NCBI GenBank assembly: GCA_001179505.1
Contig: CDMY01000251.1
Span: forward strand, 84,333-148,332
Origin: Vitrella brassicaformis CCMP3155
Taxonomy: Eukaryota; Protista; Chromerida
Length of the DNA: 64,000 bases
Direction of reading: 5' to 3'
Shown: in pieces, positions 49,880 to 61,955 of the stretch
Position numbering within the stretch: position 1 is the first letter of the stretch
Layout of the letters: the number at the start of each line of letters is the position of its first letter
Made by a program: the position numbers and the translations under genes
The notes under the pieces: model-generated
Databases searched by the model: none
What the model was told of the DNA's origin: nothing
Seen by the model: only the letters and a program-made list of their open reading frames with translations

Positions 49880-51480
49880 ACAGACAGCTGACAGACAGGG
49901 AGGGAGGGATGGTTGGATGTGTGTATAGGCAGAGATAGATAGATGGATAGATGGTATGGGCGGCAGGTCTTGTGCCCCTCAGACAGACAGACAGACAGAT
50001 GGGTTTTGACGTGCCCATGCGGCCATGTGAGCCGTGTGTGTTGATGTGATGTTGATGTGTGTGGTGTGAGTGTAATGGCGAGTGTGCGCGACGCGAGGCC
50101 TGTCCAATTTTATAGTGTTCCCCTCCCCTCATCCGTTTTACACTCCGCTGTCTCTGTTGTGTTGGTGTGTGCAATTATGCAGTGTGCAGTGCAGTCTCAC
50201 ACACACACACAGACGATATAATACCATGTAGGTATGTGTGCGTGTGGGCTGGTTCTCTCTCGTGGCTCGTGTTCTTTTCACCTGTGTGTCTCCCTCTGTC
50301 TGTCTGTCTGTCTGTCTGGTCTGGTGTGGTGTGGTGTGGGGATCTTTTTGTCTCTTCTCTGTCTCTGTCTGTCTGCGTATGTGTGCATGGGGGAGAGGAG
50401 GGGGGGACTCCGTTGGTGGGTTGTCGATAGCTATGAACAAAGAGGGGGGCCGGGAAATATATGCATATCCATTGATCAATCGATGTGTCCATGCATGTGG
50501 GTGCGTACGTATGTGTGGTGTGTGTATGCATGTGTATGTGTATTTGTGTGGACTGCATTGCAACGGTGTGCGCGCTCTCCACACTCACTGTCTGCCTGCT
50601 GTCAAGCACGAAGCAAGCAAGGTGTAAGGTGTGCATAATTCTATCCTCACTGCTGGTGTTTATTTGGTTTATAGTCGCATGCTCTCTCTGTCTTGTGTGG
50701 CTCTCTGTCTGTCTGTCTGTCTGTCTGTCTCGATGTGTGTGTTGCCCGCGAAGGAAGAGCAAGAGCACGCTCCAAGAGCCAGGCCTTCTGCTGCCATTAG
50801 CTAGCATGATGCATGACCACTGAATGAATGACGTCTGGCCCACACCCGACAGACAGACAGTGCAGTCCCAGCGTCGCTGGGACTGAAGGGAGACATGTCG
50901 TGTCGGGTGTGGAAGGTCTTCATTCACGTAAGTGCGTGTGCGCGGGGTGACGGATTGACAGGGAGGGAGCAACACACATTCATTGACCATGACAACGCAA
51001 TGCACCGCACATGTGACCGATCCGATCAACCGACCGGCCCATCGCACGTGACGTGGCTGGGGCAGCCAACCGAGCGAGGGACGGAGGGAAAGATGCCTGT
51101 CTTTCTGTCTGCCTGCGTGTCTGCATGACTCCATGGTGTGTGTCTGAGTGGCTGCGTGAGAGCGATGGTGAGCGGCGAGAGAGAGAGAGAGAGAGACACT
51201 TACGGATGTCCCCGTGGCGGTGGATCATGACATTCATTATGGCGTGTTGTGTGATGTGAGACGACAGATACGCTAGTAGGTAGGTGTTACACACAATCTC
51301 ACTTAAGTGAGTTGATTGGCTGACTGACTGGCCATTGGCCGCCCAACAGCGGCACGGATCCAAACGCTCTTTCTGTACACTCAGGTCCATCCATCCGTCT
51401 ATCCATCTGGCACCGAGACACCATCCACACGTGGTCAGTCAGTCATTATGGCACAGAACACACAGTGTCGACACAACAAA
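49880..51480. repeat. Microsatellite-rich convergent intergenic/3'UTR region ((GTCT)n, (GT)n, (GA)n, (GGAT)n)
   Basis: Simple repeats dominate, and the ORFs in this span are repeat-derived. Confidence 0.7.
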
Positions 51481-51610
51481 ACCCATACATACTAACTATC
51501 CTCTGACTGACTGGCATGCTACCGTTAGTACAAGTATGCCGCCCTCGTCTTGTCTCATCTCATGTCGGACACGGCTCGAGTGCACCCAAGCAGCAAGCCA
51601 CAGATACATA

Positions 51611-52062
51611 TCAAAATCCAGATCTGCCAGGCACAACCTCATAACCATACCCGTAGCCACTGTCCACTGCCGGGGGCGGTGGCGGTAGCGGCTGCGGCCG
51701 CGCGCGGCCTCTCCGCTGTGGTGGCGGTTGCTGCTGCTGGAACACCTGGTCCTCCTCAATGCCCTCCCGCGCCTCAGCCACGAGCGCATCATCGATCCAC
51801 GTGCCTCCTGGTGGTGGTGCCTCCTCCTCGAATGCGTCCTCTCCCTCTCCGCCTTCTTCGTCTTCGCTTTCATCGGGTATCTCCCCCCCGGTGCCCGTTG
51901 CCTCCTCATACAGCACCTCCTCCAGCAACACACGGTCCCTCGACGAGCTGTCCAGCGGCTGCTCCTCCCGCACCTACATCGATAAAGACACACAATATGT
52001 ATGGCACACAACGCCATTGTGGATGGATGGATGGATGGACGGACGGATGCGTCTCTCTCGCG

Positions 52063-52097
<35 letters not shown>

Positions 52098-55000
52098 TGT
52101 GTGTCTCACAGGGTATCGGTCGATGCGCCTGACGGCGGCAGCAGCGAGTTCGGGCACCTGGGCGCTGACGACGCGGTCCCGGATGTACCCATGGGGCAGA
52201 GACGACAGCTGGCGGAGCACCTCGGCTGTACGCCTGAATGCAGTCAATGCAATGCAGCCACACATCAATTCAATGGTGAATGAGTGAGTGAGTGAGTGAG
52301 TGAGGCAGGCGCGAGGGATGGCGGGTCGGGTGTCTGTGGTGGCTTGGCTGACCGTATGAGGCTGCAGAGGTCTCCCTGCTCGAGGTTGGTTCGTGCGGTG
52401 AGCTCCTCCCAGCTCATGCCGTCTGCCCACGCCTCCACCAGACTGGCCGTGTTGATGTCCACAGGGATGCTGAGGTCAATCAACTCACTGAACCACACAC
52501 ACACACACACACACACACATGGGTGGTGGTGACGTGTGTGTATGTGTGTGGTGTTTCACGAGCGCACTTTTCCTGGTCTTCCCTGAGCCTCTCGGCGTGG
52601 TCTTCCAGTTCGGACACAGCGTCCATCAGCGCAGACGACGGACGCACCCTGACACACACCGCGCCGCACCCAAGGCGACACACACATACTCCCCTCCTCG
52701 CTGCCCTCCTCTTTGATTGTTTGATCTCACTGACTGACTGACTGACTGACTTGATGTCCGAAGCCTTGCGCGAGAAGTCCTTGGTGACGGCGTGTATGAG
52801 GCCCGCAAACTGTGACGGGTTGAGGCGGTCGATGACAGGCTCCCAACACACCACATGGCCCAGCCACAGCTCATTGGCGGCGTTGAGGTAGCCCACCAGT
52901 GAGCCGAATGAGGTCGGCACGAACTCGTCGGTGAGTGCGCCCCACTTGGCGAGGACTCTGCCGACGGCGAGGAACTCCTGCCATGGCGGCCGCGTGAGGC
53001 TGCCGTAGGCCTCCTTGAGCTCGTTGAGCTGGGCCGTACGGGCGGACCTGTTGCCGCGCTTCAACTGCTTCTCCAACGCTAGCAGATCCAAACCCATCCT
53101 CAAGACCTGCAGGGACACACAGACGTGGGTGTAGTGTGGTGTGGTGTATCTGCATTCTCTTTCACTTCACTCAGGCACCTCACCTGCTGCCTGTCTGTGC
53201 GCGTGTGAATGGCCGCCTCTTCCAGGTTCCTCTGCGCCCGCTCCACCACCTTGGTCTGCCGCGCCACGGCGGGCGGCTGCACGGCTGCTGCGGGCGGCAC
53301 CACCTCGCTCCCCACCTCCTCACACAGATCATACAGGATCGCCCCCTGACGGTCCGTCGGCTCGTCAGGCATCTCCAGCCAATACAGACCCGGCAGCACC
53401 TCGCCCCACACAGGGCCATCGCCCTCTCCCTGCCGCTGCTGTTGGTTGAGCCACACGGCCATGGTGTCCACGACGGTTCGTGCGTCGGGGTATGGCAGCC
53501 CCACTTGGCTGCGGGGGTCCAGGTTGACGATGGCGTTGGGGCATGCGACCACCAGCTGGCCGGTGGTGGTCAGCACTATTGCCAGGGGGGCCCGGGCAAG
53601 GGCACCCGTTGAGAGCTGGGGGGGTCTGAATTGCTGGTCGAGCAGGCCGACGAATGCCCCCACCTCGCCGTTGATGAGCTCGACGGCCCCGCCCTTGCGG
53701 AAGGTGGGCAGCATCTTGCTCACGGCCGCCGCACGGTCTGCCTCTGCGCTGGTGCGGACCGTTGACAGCCTGCATCACATCACACGCGATGCAGCCACAG
53801 ACCACGTGTGTCGAAAGGGGGGTGATGTGTGTGTCTGTGTCTGTGCGTGTGTGTGTGTGTGTGTGTGTGGACTGACTGACTCACTGACCAGTCCTTCTCT
53901 GCCTGCAGCCGCTGGAATGCCCTGCGATAGATGTCGAGCTCGTTCATGTCCACGCCCATCTGCAGGCAGCCAGGAGGCTACACACATTCCTTCCGCCCAC
54001 CCACACCACACCGCCCATAGGCACGCACCTCTCGCAATCTCTGTCTGGTGTCGTTGATCCTCTCCTTGGCCACTGCAGGGTCGAGTATTTCCATCCTGCC
54101 CTCGGCCTCCCGCCGTCGGGCCTGCAGGAATACCCCGAAGCTCTTCTCTATCAGCTCGCGGCTCTTGCTCAGGTCCCGCACCCGCAGCACGTTGGTGGCC
54201 AGGCCGTACGTGATGCGGAACTGGCTCTTGATCGAGTCCAAAGGGGCCAGCAGCGTCATCGCCGCCTCACGAGCGTCAGTCCTGCCGTATATATGCCAGC
54301 CACACACACACACAAACGTACACCTATGCGATGCGACAAGGAAGGGACGGAGGCACATCCACCCAGCCACCCACCCCACCTGTCGCTGCGAATGAGTACG
54401 ACGGATCCCTCGTGGTCTTTGCCTCTCCTGCCGGCCCTGCCGGCCATCTGCAGCAGCTGCGAGGTGGACAGCCGCGTGAGGCCCTCGCTGCCGTACTTGC
54501 GCAGCACCGTGATGGCCGTCGTGCGGGCTGGCATGTTGACGCCGGCAGCTAGGGTCTCAGTCGCGAACAGCACTTTGATCAGATTGGCGTTGAAAAGCTC
54601 CTCCAACAAGATCTGACAGACAGACAGACAGACAGACGGTGAGAGACAGAGAGTGGTGCATCCATGTATGCCATCGGCTGGCTGGCTGAGCCACCTGCCT
54701 ACCTACCTTGTATAGTGGCAGCAGGCCCGCGTGGTGGCTGCCAATGCCCTACACCACACGCATCACATCACATCACACACAGAACCGACCATCATGGGTA
54801 CGCAGGCATGAAGCACCCAGCCCATCCCCCCTTCCCCCTCCCCCCTCCCACCTTTCTGAGTAGACCAATCCTCCATGGCTCAATGAGCAGCTCCGGGTTT
54901 TCCTGCGCAAACTCCCGCAGCTTGGCCTGCACGGCCTGCTTCTCGGCCTCGCTCAGCAGCTCCATGCTGTCGGCCGCCAGCCGACGGGCACTGCTGTCGC

Positions 55001-56938
55001 AGCCAGACCTGCATGCCATGAAGAAGACACACGAATGACATGTGTGTGTCGTGGGTGTGCGTGTGTGGGTGGGGGGGGTGTCCCCCGCAGGGAATCAAGG
55101 TAGCCAACGTACCTGGAGAACATGAAAATGATTGCCGGCAGCAGCTGCTTCTTGCGCATCTGCGACACGAGCTTCGACAGAGTGGGCGTCTCTGCGTCAG
55201 CTATCTGATCCACACAATAAATATTCAACAAACGGCACCCTGTTATGTGTCGCCCGAATGCTTCCCCTCCCCTCCCCTCTCTGTCTGTCGCTGTTTGCTT
55301 GCCTGTTTGGCGCTGACGAGGGACTGCAGGGATCGCTCCTTGCGGCCCTCGAACTGGTCGACGTCGTCATCGTCATAGCTCATGAGCTTCTTGAGTTGCC
55401 GCGCCCGCCGCCCACCGCGGCCTCCGTTGTTGGACTGCCGCCTCAGCCTCGCCTCGATCCCGGGACGGTGACGCTTCACCAACGAACGAATCGTATCCCT
55501 GACACACACACACACATACACAGCGCAGGAGGCCACAAGCGAGAAGGGAGAATGGCACGAATGCATCCTTCCTTGTCGGTGCGGCTGAGGGTGATTGCAT
55601 ACTCACTTGCGAAGGTCTTCAAAGACGGGGTTGAGGGGTATAAGCGGCGCTCGAGGCTTCTTGGGTGTGATGATCTTGCCCTCGCTGGCCCGCAGCCCCC
55701 CCGCCAGCTCCAGGATGTCCTCCTCGGCGGCCATGTCCTCCTCCTCCCCCTCAAGCAACGGCACGCCGTTGCGCGCGCCGGGGCCCGCTTCCGCATCTCT
55801 GAAGAGGGGGTAGAGGCCCTTGTTGGTGGCGAACATGTATCGGAGTGGGACAGGGCGGTGCTCAGACACGACCAGGTCAGTAGGGCCGTGGACGCCGGCG
55901 AGCCAGTCTTTAAGGTCCATTGGGTTGGCCATGGTGGCGCTGAGGCCGACGATGTTGATGTGTTTGGGGCAGTTGATGACGCACTCCTCCCACACGGTGC
56001 CCCGGCTGGGATCGTTGATGTAGTGGAATTCGTCGAATATCACCGACACCGTCTCGCCAGTCAGCTTGGACGGCACGTAGCTGTACTCGTCCTCGCGGAT
56101 CGCCTCACCGTACAAAATGTTCCGGAACACCTCTGTCGTCATCACCAGCACAGGCGCCTCACGATTGCGCACCACGTCGCCCGTCAGGAGGCCGACGGTC
56201 TCCTCGCCGTAGATCTGCTGGAAGTCCGAGAACTTTTGGTTGCTGAGAGCCTTGAGGGGCGACGTGTAGAAGACCTTGCGGCCGCGGGCAAGGGCGAACC
56301 AGATCGCCATCTCGGATATCACCGTCTTGCCGCTCCCTGATTAACGCCCAGACACACACACACACATTCACATACACCCACGATGACAAGCCTCCTTGCT
56401 TTCTCTTCTGAGGGCAGACAGACAGCTGGGCTGGCTGACCTGTTGGTGCCGAGACGATGACGTTCCTGCTCTTGAGTATGCTCCGGAGCGCCTCCACTTG
56501 GAAGGCATCCAGGGTGAAAGGAAACAGCGCCTTCATCAGTTCCTCCATCTCGCCGTTAGTCAGATAATCGCTGCCCGCCCGGGACGTTATCACCGCCTCC
56601 AGCAGATTGATGGCCGCCGGCGACCCCGCCACACGCCGAATGTCTTCAACACTCACAGGCAAGGACATGCCGTCATGCATAGCACCAACAGGCGCAGCAT
56701 CGTCCGTTCGTGTCGGGGTGCGGCGGGCGTGCAGATGCGTTGATGCGCGTCGGACTGCTGCAGATCTTCGTCTGCGCGGTGTTCCGGACGACCGCATGGG
56801 CGCGTTGAGAGTGCTGAATGCGCTCACTTGAATGGGCGAGGCGAGGAAGAGCAGGCAGATAAGCATAACGAAGGGGATGAACTGGCACCTTCTCCACTGA
56901 ACGACGCCCCGCATGCCGCCGCGCCGCCTCGATTGCAT
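51611..56938 (-). CDS. Ski2-like DExH RNA helicase (ISE2/HelY-like) with a bipartite plastid-type leader, multi-exon
   Basis: FPFTLDAFQVEA, APT-GSGKT, YTSPLKALSNQK, GLLTGD, MTTEVFRN, IFDEFHY, RGTVWEE, LSATMAN, RPVPL, LPAIIFMFSR, KVLFATETLAAGVNMPART, QMAGRAGRRGKD. C-terminal DSHCT-like WADGMSWEEL...LEQGDL. Confidence 0.9.
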
Positions 56939-57163
56939 CGCTCAGGACATCGGCAATGCAGCTGATCTGGCAATCCGTCGACAAGATCTGAGCAGAAGTT
57001 GACTTGGCGCGATGGCAAGGGATCAAAGCTTTCCAAGCGCGGGGTCTCGGAGGAGATTGCGTTGCGAGCTTCTGAGGATGCGAGCTTGAAGCCGGAGGTC
57101 AAGATCTTCCCCAGACCCGTCGTTTGGAGTTGATATCCCGTTGAGTTGCTATCCCGACGGCAG

Positions 57164-58491
57164 ATGTCGCACGACGAGACCAATTCCGAGACTGATCTTC
57201 ATCAGCCTGACGACGTCGATTACTCATCGTCATCGGCCATCAGACGGCCACCGCCCGTCCCACAGGCCACGCCTCAGCCAAGAGAAGCCGAGGGCAACAC
57301 TGCTGCGCCGGCTGTCCACTTCAAGACTCTCGCCTTTGGCGCGTGGAGGTGCGCCTGTGTGGCGGGCACATATCTGTGGGCTGTGATCGGCTTCGTTGTG
57401 GCACCCTATTTCATGAACACCGTCCGAGCTGATGTGAGCGGTTGCAGGAGGACGCCTGTGGCTGGCTTCGGTGTCCCACAGGGTGGTGCATTACCGATGA
57501 GGAGGCGGCCATTCAGAACAGGTCAGTCAGTCACATTCTCATACATTGACTGACTCGTCCCATTAGAATTGTCTGCGCGTCCTGTCCTCCACTTCTTTCG
57601 CCGACCGACAGATCTGTCTGTTCCTGGCCGCCCCAGCCTGTCGGTGCTGATGTCCCTGCCATCTGAGTCGAAGCTGCGTCGCGTGGAGGAGCTCTCCAAG
57701 GAGGACTTTGCGGGCATGCCCATTCGGCGCCCCCCCGCCCCTTTCCGCTCCCCTGCGGTGTCGCGTCCGTCGTGGGCGCCCGACTGGCGGCGGCCGTATT
57801 TGTATGACGAGGAGGACATCGCCAACAGCACATGGGAGATCGCTTCCTTCTTCAAACAGGACTATGACAGGCTCAAGAGAGGAGACCAAACCGCTGTCTA
57901 CAGGCAAGCAGGTTGACACGAGGATTGGGGAGGGAAGCGAAAAGCGCTCCATGGTGTGTGTGTGTGTGTGTGTGTCATCAGGACGGTTGTGAGGTGTAAC
58001 GATGACGACACGGTGGCATGGGCGGACTTGTCGTGGCCCCGTCAGCAAGGGACGTGGCGCTTTGACGGCGACGCTTACCTGACCATCCGTCGGTCGCTGG
58101 GTGGTGGGCTGCTGGGCCGTCGGCTCTTCAAGACCTATGCGTTGCGCAACTACTACTACTGCGAGGGCATTATCCAGGGCTGGAGGCCCTGGCAACCCAT
58201 CGAACAACTCGGCTTCTTTCAGGTACGGCCGCCTAGCCCCACCTGCCTGCCGTATGTATTTGTATGCATCATTTTGTCTTGGTCCTTACCTTAAAGGCTC
58301 GTCGGTTGGGCTTCAGTGATGCGGAGAGGGGTCCCCCGCCATGGCTGGACCGGACCGAGGAGAGGAGCCTGGAGTGGGTGAGGGATGCACGTGCCCGAAG
58401 AGAGAAGAAACGGAGGAAACTCAGATGGAAGGAACGGCTGTGGGAGCTGGACGAGCTCTACGCCAACCTCAAAGATACGGGAGCCAGTTGA
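57164..58491 (+). CDS. Uncharacterised four-exon protein, possibly membrane-anchored
   Basis: Phase-compatible exons from ORFs 57146, 57569, 57956 and 58264 joined by GT-AG introns. Hydrophobic YLWAVIGFVVAPYFM. Trp/Tyr-rich globular-looking third exon. No family recognised. Confidence 0.55.
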
Positions 58492-58562
58492 TATCAACGC
58501 CCAAGGCATTTTCGGCGAGCGAGATCAAGGTGGCTGACTGGGTGAAGGGGGGGGGGGGGGGG

Positions 58563-58862
58563 NNNNNNNNNNNNNNNNNNNNNNNNNNNNNNNNNNNNNN
58601 NNNNNNNNNNNNNNNNNNNNNNNNNNNNNNNNNNNNNNNNNNNNNNNNNNNNNNNNNNNNNNNNNNNNNNNNNNNNNNNNNNNNNNNNNNNNNNNNNNNN
58701 NNNNNNNNNNNNNNNNNNNNNNNNNNNNNNNNNNNNNNNNNNNNNNNNNNNNNNNNNNNNNNNNNNNNNNNNNNNNNNNNNNNNNNNNNNNNNNNNNNNN
58801 NNNNNNNNNNNNNNNNNNNNNNNNNNNNNNNNNNNNNNNNNNNNNNNNNNNNNNNNNNNNNN
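58563..58862. other. Assembly gap (300 N) flanked by G runs, between two convergent genes
   Basis: N run with a G homopolymer on each side. Confidence 0.99.
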
Positions 58863-58898
<36 letters not shown>

Positions 58899-59186
58899 CG
58901 GCATCTGCTTCTGCCTGCTTGCCTGTCTGTGTCGTGAAAGAGAGCCCGCGTGTGATGATGGTGATTCCCCTGTTGCAAGATCGAAGGGTTGATATTTCTT
59001 CTTCTTTCTCGGCTTTTTTGGACCTGAAATGGTTTATGGATTTGTGACATTCATTCATTGGGTGGCAGGCTGTGTCAGTCAGTCGTTTCATGCACATGGA
59101 TGCAATCAATACATGGACACACGTGAGTGAGTGAGTGAGTGAGTGATGCGTACACATGAACGGACAGAGACAAAAAGAAATGTCAT

Positions 59187-61226
59187 TCATGGTTGTGGGC
59201 TGGTTGTGGAGACCGCATCGGGTAGTGCTGCCGTCCGTGTGTCGTAGGGTGACACTCGTGTCGAGTACTTGTTGGCTAGGTGGAACCAGTAGGTCTCGAA
59301 CGACTCGTCCTGGAAGGCCATCCACGGGCCGCTATCTGCCGCTGACCTGAATGAACCACACACATACACACATACACACATACACACACGTGCAGACAGA
59401 CAGACAGACAGACAGACATAGAGACAGACAGACAGACATAGAGACAGACAAGGACGAGACATGCATCGCATCGTGCTGACTGACCTTGCCCTGTCGATGA
59501 GCCGCTGGGCTTCCTCAGGCGCGACAGCGATGCCGCCGCGAAAGACGTTGCCCTCGTTGTCAAGAGTCAAAAACGAATGCGTCCTGTCAGTCAGCACACA
59601 CAGTGGCAGTGTGGCAGCAAGCAGACAGGGAGACACACCACCATGAAGCTGCACACCTTCTTTTGCCGGTGCAGTGCAGTCTCATGAAGCATTCGGTGCA
59701 GAAGAGGTCAAGGCAGTCCTCGCACAGTTTGGTGGCGTTGGCCTCCTCGCACTCCCAACACACCATACCGTTCAGGATCCGCTTCAGGTACTTGCACGCT
59801 CCACTACAGGCACATTAATGTGTGAGTGTGTTGGTGTCTCTGGGCATCAGTGGCTCGCTGGCTCGCTGTCTCACGCACTAACCCAGCGGCCTGTGTGGTC
59901 TGTGTCTGTGTGTTAGAGTGTGCGGCGTTCCAGCACCGGTCGCAAAAGAAAAGGCCGTCCTGCACACACTCGCACGTCGCCAGCGCCAGGTCGCACACGC
60001 TGCACACCAGCTGCTCGACGTCATTCGTCAAATGCAATCGACGCTTCCCTGTTGTGTGTGCCGACACAAGGCTCCCAGTTCATCAAAACGATACATGAGT
60101 GGCTGGTTGGCCACTTGCCTGTGGCGTGCAGGGCGTTGAAGCACCCCTGGCAGAAGAAGTCTCTGCACTGCAGGCACTTGTAGACGGCCGCCCGCTGCTC
60201 GCACTCGGTGCACACCACAACGCTCTCGGGCTTCTTGAGAATCTCGTGACGGACCTACACGAAACAAAAGCCCTGCGATCAGTGAGTGCCGTCGGTGTCT
60301 CTCTTGTCCATGTATACATGTTCGCCCGCGCCTCACTTGTTCCTTTCTGATTTCCCGCAGGAACTCGAGAGGGTCCCTCAGGTCCGAAACGATGGTCTGC
60401 AGGTCATACTGCTTCTCGATGTAGGCCTCGAATGTCTACGCCACCATGAGACAATACGAAAAGCTCGTCATCAACAGAGAAAAGCCGGACGTCTGTCGGG
60501 GAGTCGCTGACCGCTTTGAGGGCTCTGGCAAGGTAGAATTCTGTGGTTGTGTCGATGTTGCAGATCTTGGCCAGCCGCTCAATCACATCGGGGGTGGACG
60601 GGGGCAGATGCTTGTTGACCCGCTCCAGCACAAATGAGGTGATGCTACGCAAATCGCTCTCACGATCCTCTGCAAACAAATAAGAACCATAAAGGGGACG
60701 ACTGTCTGGATGTTTCCTGTTCTGTTGGTGTGTTGTTGACCTGGTGGGGGTGGCTGGGGCTTGTATGCTCGCTGAAGGAAGGCCTTCTGCTTCTGATACA
60801 TCTTGGAGAAGCGTTCGATGACAGGATGGACCTTCTGGATCTTCTTGGTCTTGGTGTGATAATACGCCATCTACACAACCATATAATGATGCGAGCGTCT
60901 GCGAACCATTGCATAACCCCGCTGGGTCCCACGCGCTTCGTGTGGCCTCACCTGACCTCCTTATCGTCATCCTGGAACTCCTGCCACCCCTCCGGCAGCG
61001 ACGCAAGGGCGGCCTCCTCCGCAATCCAAAGATACTCGGGCTCAGCAACAGGGTCAATGCCCAGAAGCCTCGCGACCCTCACGATAAGCTCAGAGTTGAG
61101 AGATCCGTCCCTTTCGATGTCCAGGGGGAGGGTCATGGGGCCTCCCCCTCTCGCGTAAGTGGGGGAGGGGTCTGGCGAAGGAGCACCGCTCTTCTTGCCC
61201 TTCAACTTTGCCGACAGCGTTGCCAT
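59187..61226 (-). CDS. WW-domain (CEP164-N-like) + three B-box zinc fingers + C-terminal WW-like protein, multi-exon
   Basis: LLGIDPVAEPEYLWIAEEAALASLPEGWQEFQDDDKE-MAYYHTKTKKIQKVHP. CTECEQRAAVYKCLQCRDFFCQGCFNALH. CSVCDLALATCECVQDGLFFCDRCW. CWECEEANATKLCEDCLDLFCTECFMRLH. PWMAFQDESFETYWFH. Confidence 0.8.
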
Positions 61227-61955
61227 GCTGGAGCTCTCTTGCCCGGCGCCTTTAAAACATTGCCCCGCACCCTCGCGGCTTAGCTCGCTGGCCCCCAGCG
61301 TGCATGTCATGCAACAGAGCCGGCAGCCGCCTCTGTTAATACGACGATGTACCCACAAGGACTACACCAATGCATACAGTACAGCACACACACACACACA
61401 CACAAACAGCCATGCACGCATGTGCGTGTAGCCATGTGGGCATTCGGGGTGCCCGCTGGACTATTTGTGCATCTACGAATGAGTAAGTGGGTCTGTCCAC
61501 GTCTCGTCACTTCTTCTCTCCCCGAACTCCTCTCCTTCCCCATCGTCGGACGGTATCGGACGGTGGCTTGGCCAAGTACTCAGCGCCATCCTCGCCCTTG
61601 AAGGGCCTCTCCTTGCCCTTGTTACCTTCAAATCAAGGACACACGCGGGCAGATCTTGGATCACGGGATGTGTGGAAGTACCCCACGACGCTCTTCCCAT
61701 CCTTGCGCTCATACCTACTCGACAAACAGTGCGTATCGTCAAACACCATGACATGATCTGTGAGGGTAACTTTCCAGCAGCGGACCTCGCAGTACACCAC
61801 GCGGCGATGGCTACCAACCTGCCGCTTGTGCACGCACCATTCTACACCACGCCGCGATCCTGGCCGGCGGGGTCTGCGAGCTTAGCTCGTGACTTTCCCT
61901 CTGGAGTGCATCTAGAGCAGAGGGTTTCATCGTTGATCGCGGATTTTGGTGAGCG

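Noticed and set aside
50138-51390. Long Cys/Val/His/Thr-rich ORFs (up to 319 aa)
   Set aside because: They are translations of (GT)n/(GTCT)n/(CA)n simple repeats, which lack stop codons, and are not genes.
61470-61840. Possible small spliced minus-strand gene between the WW/B-box and XDH genes
   Set aside because: Some segments look codon-like, but I could not join them into a consistent frame with canonical splice sites.
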